A DNA stretch of 64,000 nucleotides, taken from NCBI GenBank assembly GCA_013265495.1, contig MU057822.1:237852-301851 (forward strand), written 5' to 3'. Of this stretch, positions 28,246-39,639 are shown piece by piece. The notes beneath the pieces were generated by a model. That model made no database searches. It worked only from the letters and a program-made list of their open reading frames with translations, and had not been told where the DNA came from. Source of the DNA: Vicugna vicugna. Lineage: Eukaryota. Each line of letters begins with the position of its first letter. Position 1 is the first letter of the stretch. The translations under genes were made by a program, and so were the position numbers.

Positions 28246-30365
28246 AGAAAAATTCAGTTTAAAAGTTTCTCTTTTTGAAATTTTAAAATTCTCAGTTTCC
28301 CGTGTTTGTCTTTTTCACTCTTATGCTCTATAATCACATCTACAGAATAGTGTGTGTGATGCATGCAATATAAAGCATGCAGTTTAAAGTATTGTTATAA
28401 AGCAAGGTATACCTACGACCCAGATGAAGAAATAATTGTGTGAAGTTTTAAAACCACTGCACTAGAGCATGGATAATCAAGTGATTCTGTCAGCCGAAGT
28501 CAGAAAACAGAACCATGTTTCTCGGGGTGCACGAGGAATAATAGTACATCGAGGATGTGTTATTAGCTAGGGTGATTGGAGCCCTGGGGACACAGGAGGA
28601 CAGGATTTCCTAGAGCCAGGTGGTGTAGCTAGAGCAGGGACCCTGTGAGTGCCTAAGTCTGAAAATACTTTGCTCTAGAGACCAGTTAGTGACTAAATTT
28701 GTGGTCTGTTTTGCCCAGGTTAAGAGGGAATGAGATTAAGAGTAATGTAGCTAGAAAACAGTGCCTCTTAAAGCTGAGTCATAATGTAATAAAAATTGAA
28801 GCTACTTTGAAACCAGAGTAAGTTAATCTGATTCTTCGTAATCACTACTGTCAAAATCCCAACTTCTTTACGTAATTACAGTCAAGTGTGATTGTGCATA
28901 CAGTTGAAATGCCTAGATTTAAATGTCATTTTGGCAAACTATAATGGGTACGTACTTAATAAATATTCTGGAAGTCAACAAATAAAATATGTTTACCATG
29001 GTTCTTATTTAAAAGTAAAGGGTTTATACTTATGGTACCTATATTGTAACAGTCAGGTGAGCTTTTGGATTTTTGTTCCCCCAAATAAACGGTGCCCTTT
29101 GGGCATCTTACAATATAGTTGAGTTATAAGGACAAACAAATTAATTCATACAGCCAGAAGGTAACAAATTCACTAAAATAAAATGCCAGGGAACACAGAT
29201 GAGAAGGTTAATTTACATTCCTGATTTGGGAAAGTTTATAGGGGGTTCTGGCATTTGAACCAGCCCGTTAAGATTTTGTAGGCTTTCAACAAGCAAAGAT
29301 AAAGGGCTAGTTGAAATGTGAATTACTGTTTAAGGATAGGGGATTGGCATGAATAAAAAGAGGGAGAGGATATGGTTTAGGAGGAGTTCAGTGGTTGTAA
29401 TCTGAGTATGACTGTGTGTGTAATCAGAGGTGGGGAGGAGGTATAGTTAAGAGATAAAGATGGAAAAGTTTCTTTTGAAATCAGATCATAGAGGACAGTG
29501 AGTGTTGGGTTCATGACTAAAATTAATTCTAAGAAAGAGTAATCTGGTGTCAGTTTGTTGGTCTAGTTGTTAGGGAAGACACTGGAAGTAGGGGCATCAT
29601 CAATTAGTAGGCTAGTAGGAGGTTAAGGAAGGGGTGAGGAAGAGGGAGCCAGTAGGTAATAATCACCATGTTTCAAGGTTAGATGACTGAGGGGAGATTA
29701 GTGAAATAAAGCCAAGTGGATGAACATGTTTGGGATGAGTTTGGGATGAGGTCCTGGTAAGATATCCACTGTTGGGAAATGGATTCTGAAGCTTGTGAGA
29801 GGTAAATTTTAAAGTGATTCCCTAGAGAAGATAGTATTTTGAAGCCTTTGGTGTGTATGCAAGTGCCTAGAGAAGATTGTTGAGCAAGTAGAAGAGGGCA
29901 AATGATGGGTTATTCTTGGAAGGCTGTATTTGGAGGGCAGATGGAAGAAAACAAGCCTTTAAAACACTGAGAAGTGGTGTTCAGAGAGAGAGGAGAAAAC
30001 TAGGAATAAAAGGAGAGTCACCAAAGCCTGAAGGAGGAAAGTCTGAAGTGAAGTGGGGAGTGTAAATCACAAGCCCAGATTATATTAGTGTCAGTGATTC
30101 AGGGAAATTTGGTTATATGCCATGGAGAATTAGAGGATCAGAAAGGCTTTTTAAAAATTGCAATGAAATATATCTAAAACATAAAATTTACAATTTTGAC
30201 CGTTTTGAAGTATATGGTTTAGTGGCATTAAGCACATTCATGTAGTGCAGCTATCACCGTCATCTAGAAAGGTGAGTAGGGAAAATGATGAGATGAAGTG
30301 TTGCATAAATATTTTTTGGTTCCATGAGTTGTTGGAGTATTGTTTTGTTAAAAAAAAGTAGGTTT

Positions 30366-31085
30366 AGGGAACCCTCCTACACGGCTGGTGGAAATGCAGT
30401 TTGGTGCAGCCACTGTGGAAAACAGTATGGAGATTCCTCAAAAGACTAGGAATAGACTTACCATATGACCCAGGAATACTACTCCTGGGCATATATCCAG
30501 AAGGAACCCTACTTCAAAATGATAGCTGCACCCCAATGTTCATAGCAGCACTATTTACAATAGTCAAGACATGGAAACAGCCTAAATGTCCATCAACAGA
30601 TGACTGGATAAAGAAGATGTGGTATATTTGTACAATGGAATACTATTCAGCCATAAAACCCGACAACATAACACCATTTGCAGCAACATGGATGTTCCTG
30701 GAGAATGTCATTCTAAATGAACTAAGCCAGAAAGAGAAAAAAATACCATATGAGATCGCTCGTACGTGGAATCTAAAACAAAACAAAACAAAACATAAAT
30801 ACAAAACAGAAACAGACTCATAGACATAGAATACAAACTTGTGGTTGCCAAGAGGGTGGGGGGGTGGGAAGGGACAGACGGGGATTTCAAAATGTAGAGT
30901 AGATAAACAAGATTATACTGTATAGCACAGGGAAATGTTATACAAGATCCTGTGGTAGCTCACAGCAAAAAAAAAAGAAAGTGACAATGAATGTATGTTC
31001 ATGTATAACTAAAAAATTGTGCTCTACACTGGAATTTGATGCAACATTGTAAAATGACTATAACTCAATAAAAAATGTTAAAAAG
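30366..31085 (+). mobile_element. 5'-truncated young L1 (ORF2 C-terminus plus 3'UTR)
   Basis: ORF 30401..30823 reads [10 protein letters not shown]...PYDP...CTPMFIAALFTI.KTWKQPKCPS.DDWIKKMWYI.TMEYYSAIK. AATAAA near 31067. TSD aaagtaggttt at 30355-30365 and 31086-31096. Confidence 0.93.
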
Positions 31086-34000
31086 AAAGTAGGTTTGGTT
31101 TGATGTAAAAAAAAGTAGTTTGGTTTGATGAGTTGTCAGACTGTTGTTAAAAAAGTAGTTTATGATGGATTATGGGGATTTTTGGAATATCTAAATTTCT
31201 GCATGCACTGCCTGTTGAAGATTCTGTAAGCTACCACCTCCACCCCCATGCCTCTCTCTGTCTTCTTATCTTGCTTTATTTTTCTTTATGGAAGGTGTCA
31301 CTACTTGATATACTATAGTATATCTTTCCCCACCAGAGTGAAAGATCTGTGAGACCATTTTGTCTCAAGAGCAAAGAGAGCAGGGGACTTATATTTTGTT
31401 CATTGCTCTATTCCCAGTGCCTAGCACATACTTAAATACATTTTTGAATAACTTCAAGCAAGGTGACATCAATTAGAAGTGAGAGTGAAAGGAAAAAAGT
31501 GGATACAAGCATAAACTCTTCATTAGAATTAGCTTTACTAAAAACACATACAAAATATTTCTGTGTACTTATCGCTGGTATAAACTGGCTGGTGTAAGTT
31601 CCTCACAGCCAAAGTGTAAATGCTGATTTGATCAGTTACACAATTCATGGTATAGGTAAGATAAAAATAATAAATCAGAGTCTGAAGAAGCCTACGTATT
31701 ACTGAGATCAGAAAATGATGTCTCCTGAATACCTTCTCTCATAAGGAAGGTACTGTTTGAATATAACAATGTAACATCCTCAAAAAACATCCTTACAGTT
31801 AATACAGAAGACAGCCTTCAGTAGGGTGGAAAACGGTTAGGACAGTTTTAATTGTATTTTCAGATTAAACCTAGACTGATGATCTTGACAGGAATGCTGA
31901 AAGGAGATGGACACTAGAGACATTTTGGAAGGAAGAAATGTCAGGGATGGATGAATAGATGGATTTTTACATTGAATGGCCAGGCAGTAAATGAAAGGAG
32001 TGATCAAAGATGATAAGCCTTGAACCTACATGATTGATACAGAAAATGGGGAAGTTGAGAAGGGAAAGAATGCATAGGGTGAGAACAAACTCAGTGCTCT
32101 TCCTGCCTTGGAAATAGCTTTATTTTCTGATTATAGAAATACTTTTTAAAAAGTGCCCCCTCAGTTAGGGTAGTGCAAATAGACACCCCCATTTATCTGC
32201 CTTTGAGGTGATCATACCCTGTCAGCCCTGCTGAAAACCACTGCTATAAAGTATTAGAGGGGAGACTTGACTAGAGACCAACTAGGAAATAAGCTTAAAA
32301 ATTGGACTCTTTGAATGGAGGAAAAAGGTATGCTTAGTTGGAAGCAACAGGAATTGAGCTAGAATAAGTTTAGACAAAAAAAGAAATTTGATTCTTAACC
32401 AAGTTTATGGAAGGGGACAGGAGTGGTACCAGATGTAAGAAACTAGAATTCTGTTAGGACCTCTCTTACTGTTGCCTGCTTTTGCTTATTTAACTTCATT
32501 TTGGCTTCATTTTCACATAACTGCTTTCTCCTTGAGATTTGTGTTATGGCTGTGGGCAACTTCTGCATAGATTGGGGCTCCTTTTCTTTAATTCCAGTTT
32601 GAAAAATCCTCCACAAGATCTCATTCTCCTGGCTTGTGAAGTATTCATTCACTCATTCTTATGGCCTAGGGGTATGGAGTACAGAATAAACTGGTACAAT
32701 AAACATCACCAAAACAAGTAGTTGGGTGTGATGTTCAGGGGTGGGTAGTGTTTTGCAAAGGTTAAGGCTTATTGTTGAGATTGTATTCCTTTTATAGCCT
32801 ATAGTCTAATGAGCAGTAAGGAAGAAAATGGACAATTGACATTTATTGTACTCTGAGGTGATCAACATTTTGCATATGCAATATCTCTCACCTGTCCTGC
32901 AACACTACCATGGTTTACTATACTTTACTGATGAGGAAAATGATACTCAAAAAAGAAAAAGAAATAACTTGTTCAAAATGATAAAGCTAGTGAGAATTCG
33001 CATTCAAAGCCGGGTCTGACCGACATACCATACTCTGTGCCCAAAACTGGCCCAGATTTTCTGTTGTAAGATAAAATTCACAAATTTGCCCCCATCATGT
33101 CTTTATCCAATTATTTCTAAAAAATAGATGAGAAGTTTATATAAAACCATAGACTATTGTGTCAAGGCACAGCAGTTTACATATGGTGGGGAATTCTTGC
33201 AGAGACCTATGCTGCTGCTGTATTTAAGCATAAGCAACAATGTGTTTAGGGGTAAGTGTTGAAGAAACCCTTGGATCATAAGTGTTTGAAGAGGATGTAA
33301 GCAAGGTTTCAGGTGGCAGAACTTCCTCCTTAAGTGCTATTTTAGGAATATGGCCCAGAATTCTGCCAAGCATATCCTTTCAGGAGCATATTGGCAAAAT
33401 TTTTGTAAGATATGATCTCCGACCTCTTGCTTGTCCGCTCCATATTCCTTACATTTTTGAAGCATGGTAAAAGAAATACATCTAGGTTGAAAATATTTTG
33501 GATTAGGAAATCAGCTAGCACTACCTACCCCTAGTCCATGGCATAGTGTAAAGACAAAATTTCTAATTTAATTTTTTTATTTTAAAAATTTTAATAATAT
33601 CTTACTTTTTTCATTTTTCAGTCTTATTAGGTAGAAGTGTTAGTTTGACTGCCAATATACAATAAATTGCGTGTAAATACATACACAAAATACGCTGCAC
33701 GTATTTTTAAAAAATTTACATACAAGTACTACTGTTCATTGTTTCTCAGAACATTTAGAGCTTTACCTTTTTAAACTTACATAGTTATCAAAGGAATAAA
33801 GCCAATCAGAAAATAAGAATTAATTAAAAAAGATACATACAGCCTGCTATTAACGGCAACATTATTTATAATTGCCAAGATATGGAAGCATCCTAAGTGC
33901 ACATCAATAGATGAATGGATAAAGAAGATGCAGCATATATATGTCATGGAATACAACTCACCCGTAAGAAAGAAGGATATTTTGCCATTTGTGGCCCTTC

Positions 34001-34358
34001 ATTCCCTTTTTTCTTTTTTACTTCAAAAACCAAAACTTTATAACCAGCATAAACATTTCCATTGCATCAAAAACAACAAAAGACCTACAAATAAACTTAA
34101 CCAAAGAGATTACGTATACTCTGAAAACTGCAAAATATTGATGAAGGAAATTGAAGGTGATGCAAAGAAATGGAAAGATATCCTGTACTGTTGGAGTATA
34201 AGAATCAACATTATCAAAATGGCCATACCATCCAAAGCAATCTATAGATCCAGTGCAACCTCTGTCAAAATACTCATGACATTCTTCACAGAACTACAAC
34301 AAACAATTCCGAAATTTATGTGAGACCATAAAAGATCCCAAATTGCCAGTGATCTTTT

Positions 34359-34531
34359 TTTTTTTACTTCTTTTTTTTGGCGGGGAGACAGAGGTAATTA
34401 GGTTTGTTTGTTTGTTTGTTTATTTACTTACTTACTTATTTATTTTTGGAGGAGGTACTGGGGATTGAACCCAGGACCTTGTGCATGCCAGGCATGCACT
34501 CTACCACATGAGCTATACCCTCCCCCCTCAA
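34359..34531 (-). mobile_element. tRNA-Ala-derived SINE (Vic-1-like) nested in the composite L1-derived element
   Basis: Has its own TSD agtgatctttt at 34348-34358 and 34532-34542. Confidence 0.9.
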
Positions 34532-34594
34532 AGTGATCTTTTGTAGGTCTTTTTGTCTCTTCTTTTTGTTCTCTTTTCTTATGGTTTGATGACT

Positions 34595-35459
34595 GAGAAG
34601 TTCCTTTAACATTTGTTGTAAGGCTGGTTTGGTGGTGCTGAATTCTTTTGGCTTTTGTTTATCTGTGAAGCTTTTGATTTCTGTTTTAAATTTGAATGAA
34701 AGCCTTGCTGGATAGAGTATTCTTGGTTGTAGATTTTTCCTTTTCATCACTTTAAATATATTGTGCCACTCCCTTCTGGCCTGTAGAGTTTCTGCTGAAA
34801 AATCATCTTATAACCTTATGGGAGTTCCCTTGTGTGTTATTTATTCCTTTTCTCTTGCTAATTTTAGTATTTTCTCCTTATCCTTAATTTTTGTCAATTT
34901 GATGACTGTGTGCCTTGGTGTGTTCCTCTTTGGGTTGATCCTGTGTGGAGCTCTGTGCACTTCTTGGACTTGGGTGGTTGTTTCCTTTCCCAAGATGGGG
35001 AAGTTTTCGGTGATTATCTCTCCAAAATTTTTCTCAGATCCTTTCTCTCCTTTTTCTGGGACCCCTGTAATGCGAATATTAGTGCAGTTCATGTGGTCCC
35101 AGAGTTCTCAAACTATCCTTATTTCTTTCCATTCTTTTTTCTTTTCTGCAGTAGTGATTTCCACTAACCTGACTTCTAGCCCACTGATCTGTTCTACCTA
35201 ATTTAGTCTATTCTTGGTTCCTTCTAGTGTGTTATTCATTTCATTGATTTTATTCTTCAACTCTGTTTGGGTATTATTTATATTTTCCAAATCTTTGCTA
35301 GAAACTTCACTCTGCATCTATACTCCTCTTGAGTTCTCTGAACATTTTTGCCATCATTACTTTAAACTCTTCCTCAGTTAAATTGCCTGTCTCCTCATTA
35401 CTTACTTCTGGGATTTTATCGTGCGCCTTGGCTTGAGAGATATTCCTCTGCCGCCTCAT
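34595..35459 (-). pseudogene. Degenerate L1 ORF1p (N-terminus/coiled coil, RRM, CTD)
   Basis: ATG at 35459 reads MRRQRNISQAK...EEFKVMMAKM. ORF track gives NIRITGVPE...ENFP...PRHTVIKL (34841-35092) and LQPRILYPARLSF...FSTTKPALQQMLKELL (34595-34750). In-frame stops (e.g. 34841) and at least one frameshift are present. Confidence 0.9.
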
Positions 35460-37205
35460 ACTGTCTATCTTTCTATTTGTATTTTTAGGTAGGTTAGTTA
35501 TGTTTCTTGACCTTGGAGAGGTGGCTCTCTGTGGGAGATGTCCTATACGTTGCAGCAGTACACTTCTCTCTTGTCACCCAAGGGCCAGGGTCCAGTCAGT
35601 CCCAGTGTAGAGCCTGGCTTATGTTGATGAATTTCTTCCACAGGCTTTGGGATTACTGTTTTCTTATTCCTGGTATCTGCCCCCTGGTAGATGAGGCTGG
35701 ACCAGAGGCTTATGCTGGTTCCCTGGCAGGAGGTTCCCTGCCCACTGCTGGGTGAAGCTTGGTCCTGGACCTCTGGTGGGTAGGGCCATGTCTAGAGGTG
35801 TTTGTGGCTTAGGAAGTCTCCAAAATTTCTAATTTTAAGCGAACTTTTAAAGTTTGCCAGAAACCTGTAAAAGTGATTAAACTGACTCATCTTCAGAATC
35901 TGTAGAGGAAATATAAGCAAACCTTTGATTGTTTGCTGATACATTACTTTTTTTCAATAATGATTATTAGTTAATGGAAGCTTGCAGGAAAGGAATATTT
36001 TCCCAATTAATTTTGGTGACTTAGTTTCTGGCGATTTATGTTTTAAAGTGATAAGGCAATTCAGTCCTCTGATAATAAGGTCAAAATTATTTTGACAAAC
36101 CATCTCAGTACTTAGGAGGAGTAATTAGATAGTGTCTGGATAAGAAGTTCAATCTGAGATTTCAAAAGTTCAAATTGAAGCCAGTGTAAAAATAGTCACT
36201 CTACAGAAATGCACCTTGCAGCCAGCTGCGTGTTACATAAATAAACTTGATAGGAATGCACATTCTCTGGAGCAGGAGACCATAACCATTGAGACACAAA
36301 GCAAAATCATTGCTAGGATATAAATAACAGTTATATTTGGCTTTGCAGTCATTCGACTTAGTCACCTATTGGTCTTGGTAAAGTGTATGTACAGTTAAAG
36401 TAGCTTATTTTCTTAGTAGTCAAGTGTAAAATGACATATAGTTGGGTCTTTGAATGTTGTTATTCTGAGACACCTTGTATTTTTTCTGAGGCTCAGTGAA
36501 GGTTTATTTTCACATGATCGACAAGTATTGTAAACCATTATTTTAGTCTGAACTGCTTTAAACATTTTAAAAACTTTTGAGAAATAAATTTAAACATAAT
36601 AATAATAAAATTGACTGTACAGTGAACCACCATGTATTCACCAAGCATCAACAGTTATTAGGTCATAACCAAACTAATTTGATCTCTCTCTACCGCATTA
36701 TGATTTTGAAGCATATCCCAAACATCACTGTCATTTGTAAATATTTCAGTATGTTTAATAAAAGGGGAGGGGGGAACCCAACACACTACCATTACCAATT
36801 AAAAAGTTAACAATAATTTAGTATTGTTAGATTGAGTCAGCCTTCAAATTTGTCATACATTTTAAAAAGTCTTTTTAATTCAGTCTTCTCTTTTGTTTCC
36901 CTTGCAGTATATTTATTTAAGATTCTAGGTCTTGCCCTTTAGAATTTCCCAAAGTATAGATTTTGCTAATTGTGTCTCAGGAATGTCTTTAAACATAGTT
37001 CTCTGTGTTTTCTATAAATTGATAATTGTGTCTAGGGACTTAAACAGGTTCAACTTTGAGAGTCACATGAGATCACTTCTTAAGTGGTGGTTATTTTATC
37101 AGGAGACATGCTAATGTCTGATTGTCTTTCTTTCTAAAAAATGCCTAGGTTAAAATGACAAAATGGCAATGTTTCAGTAAGTTTTCATTTTTTAACTGGA
37201 CTATT

Positions 37206-38021
37206 CTTAAATTTTATTTATTTATTTTTACAAACATATGTTCTTTTTCAGATTCTTTTCTTTATAGGTTGTTACAAGATACTGAATATAGTTCCCTGTG
37301 CTATACAGTAGACCCTTAGTATTTATCTATTTTATATATAGTAGTGTGTATATATTATTCCCAAACTCCTAATTTATCCCCCCTACCCCTTTTTCCCCTT
37401 TGGTAACCATAGTTTATTTTCTATGGCTGTGAGTCTATTTCTGGTTTGTAAATAAGTTCATTTGTATCATTTTTTTTCCTTTGAAGATTCCACATATAAG
37501 TGATATATGATATTTGTCTTTCTCTGTCTGACTTCACTTAATATAATTTCTGTCCACCCATGTTGCTGCAAATGGCATTATTTCATTCTTTTTTATGGCT
37601 GAGTAATATTCCATTGTATACACATACCTCATCTTTATCCAGTCATCTGTGGTAGACATTTAGGCTGCTTCCATGTCTTGGCTATTGTAAATAGTGCTGC
37701 TGTGAACATTGGGGTGCACGTATCTTTTTGAATTAGTGTTCTCTGGATATATGCCCAGGAGTGGGATACTGAATCTTACGGTAACTATTTTAATTTTTTT
37801 AAGGAGCCTCCATACTGTTCTTCATGGTGACTGTACTAGTTTATTTTTCCACCAACAATCTTAGGAGGGTTTCCTTTTCTCCACACCCTCTCCAACACTT
37901 CCTATTTGTAGACTTTTTGATGAATGCCATTCTGACTGGTGTGAGGTGGTACCTCATTGTAGTTTTGATTTGCATTTCTCTAATATCAGTAATATTGAGC
38001 ATCTTGTCATGCGCCTATTGA
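37206..38021 (-). mobile_element. 5'-truncated L1 (artiodactyl-type 3' end plus ORF2 end)
   Basis: Typical antisense L1 text (ttccatgtcttggctattgtaaatagtgctgc; gtgaggtggtacctcattgtagttttgatttgcatttc). TSD taactgg(a/t)ctatt at 37193-37205 and 38022-38034. Confidence 0.88.
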
Positions 38022-39639
38022 TAACTGGTCTATTTCTATAGAGAGATACTCATTTGATCAAATAATAGTTTCTATTTGATTACTTGGCAATACAATTTAT
38101 ATAGAAAAAGAAGAATAAATCTTGATTCTTTGCTTTTTTTAAAGGGGTTTTCAAGATAACAAAAGTGGTTTACTAGTGTCCTATAATGATGATCAATTAG
38201 TTTGTTGTATATTATATCATTGTTTATAAAGTCATGAATTGAAACATATGTTTCAATCCTTTGTGGTTACTAACTGTTGATACTCAAATTGTCCCATATT
38301 TGGCCAGTGGAGGGGGTCCTCTTCAATATGGCTGAGTTCTTTTTAACAAGACCATAGTATTATTTGGTAGTTTCCTTTTTATCTGATATGAGATGAGCCT
38401 AGATCATTTCCTGCCCCTGAACTGGAATCAGCCATTATTTCTAAAAAGCCCTTTTCCCTTTATGTAGTAACTCTTATTTGGAGTCCACATTCTGGGCACT
38501 AGGGATGCTCACTGCTGCAGAGTTGATCATTTTTCTCCACCTTTTCAGTGGACAGTGCACAGAATTTTTAAAGCTATATTATGAATTCATACCGATATTT
38601 TCTGATTCAGCTTCAGGGCTGCACAATTTTTACTTTTCACACGCACTCCCCATTCTCTTTTAGGCTCATTCTTGAATAATGACCCTATCGTAGCAAGCTT
38701 GCTCATGCATTATTTTCCATTACTTATACCTATACAAATCGTTATTCTCAAGGACATTACCTTGTTCTTGATTTCCTTTTTATTCACGGTTTGTAGACCA
38801 TTCTGGCCCACAGTGATTTCTAGATTCACAGCATGCATACATAACTCTCATTTAACAATCAAGTGACACAGGATTTACTGAGTTTTAAAAATTGAAGTAT
38901 TATATACACAAAGAAAAATGAGTAAATATTATGTACAGCATGCCATTACTAGCACCCAGAAGTCTCTAAGATACCACTCTCCTTCCGCACTCTGAAAGGG
39001 AAAGAAGATAACTCTTGTCTTGATTTTGAGTACTATTGGTTAGTTTTGCCTGCTTTAGAACTTTAAGATTTTGTTTTAGCATTCGTGATATGAGGGAAAG
39101 AGAGCTCTTTCTAGTTTTTTTCAACTCTACTTATGTCCATGTAACTTTCAAAAAAGATTATCATCATCTTTGTCAACATTCAAAACTTCTCTATAATACC
39201 TTAGGAATCTAAGTAAAAATCCAAGCATAGGCACTTCTTGGTTTAAATATTTGTCTTAAAGAGGCCAGAGTTTTGTGTTTGTTAGTAATTTCCATTTCTC
39301 CCCATTGTTTTTGCACCCTTTGTATGTTTCCCCTTTCTTTTGATTTATAGGAACTCTTACTTGTATTAGAGATATTAGACATTAACCTCTTGTGTTGCAA
39401 ATATTCCTCACAGTCTCTCATTTGTATTTAAATTTTATTGCTATACTGATTTAAAATATATTGTGTAGTATATAATCTGACTGTTGAGTTTTGTGTTCTG
39501 TTTAGGAAAGCCACCGCCACCCAAGATTTTGTAAACAAACTATATTTCCTTTCAGTTCCGTTTTATTGCTTATACGTGTAATCCATTTGGATTAGAATGT
39601 AGTATGAGGGATCTCTTTTAACATTTAAATGTGGTAGGA

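Larger units (their letters stand above)
33570..35820 (-). mobile_element. Composite L1-derived retroelement: partial 5'UTR, ORF1, inverted ORF2 fragments and a non-L1 3' end (HAL1-like)
   Basis: Perfect 15 bp TSD caaaatttctaattt at 33555-33569 and 35821-35835. Decayed A-tail at the left end. ORF1p motifs are on the minus strand and ORF2p fragments on the plus strand. Confidence 0.8.

Noticed and set aside
33928..34323. 131-aa plus-strand ORF as a new protein
   Set aside because: It is a chance in-frame join of two out-of-order L1 ORF2 fragments, with no promoter or splice support.
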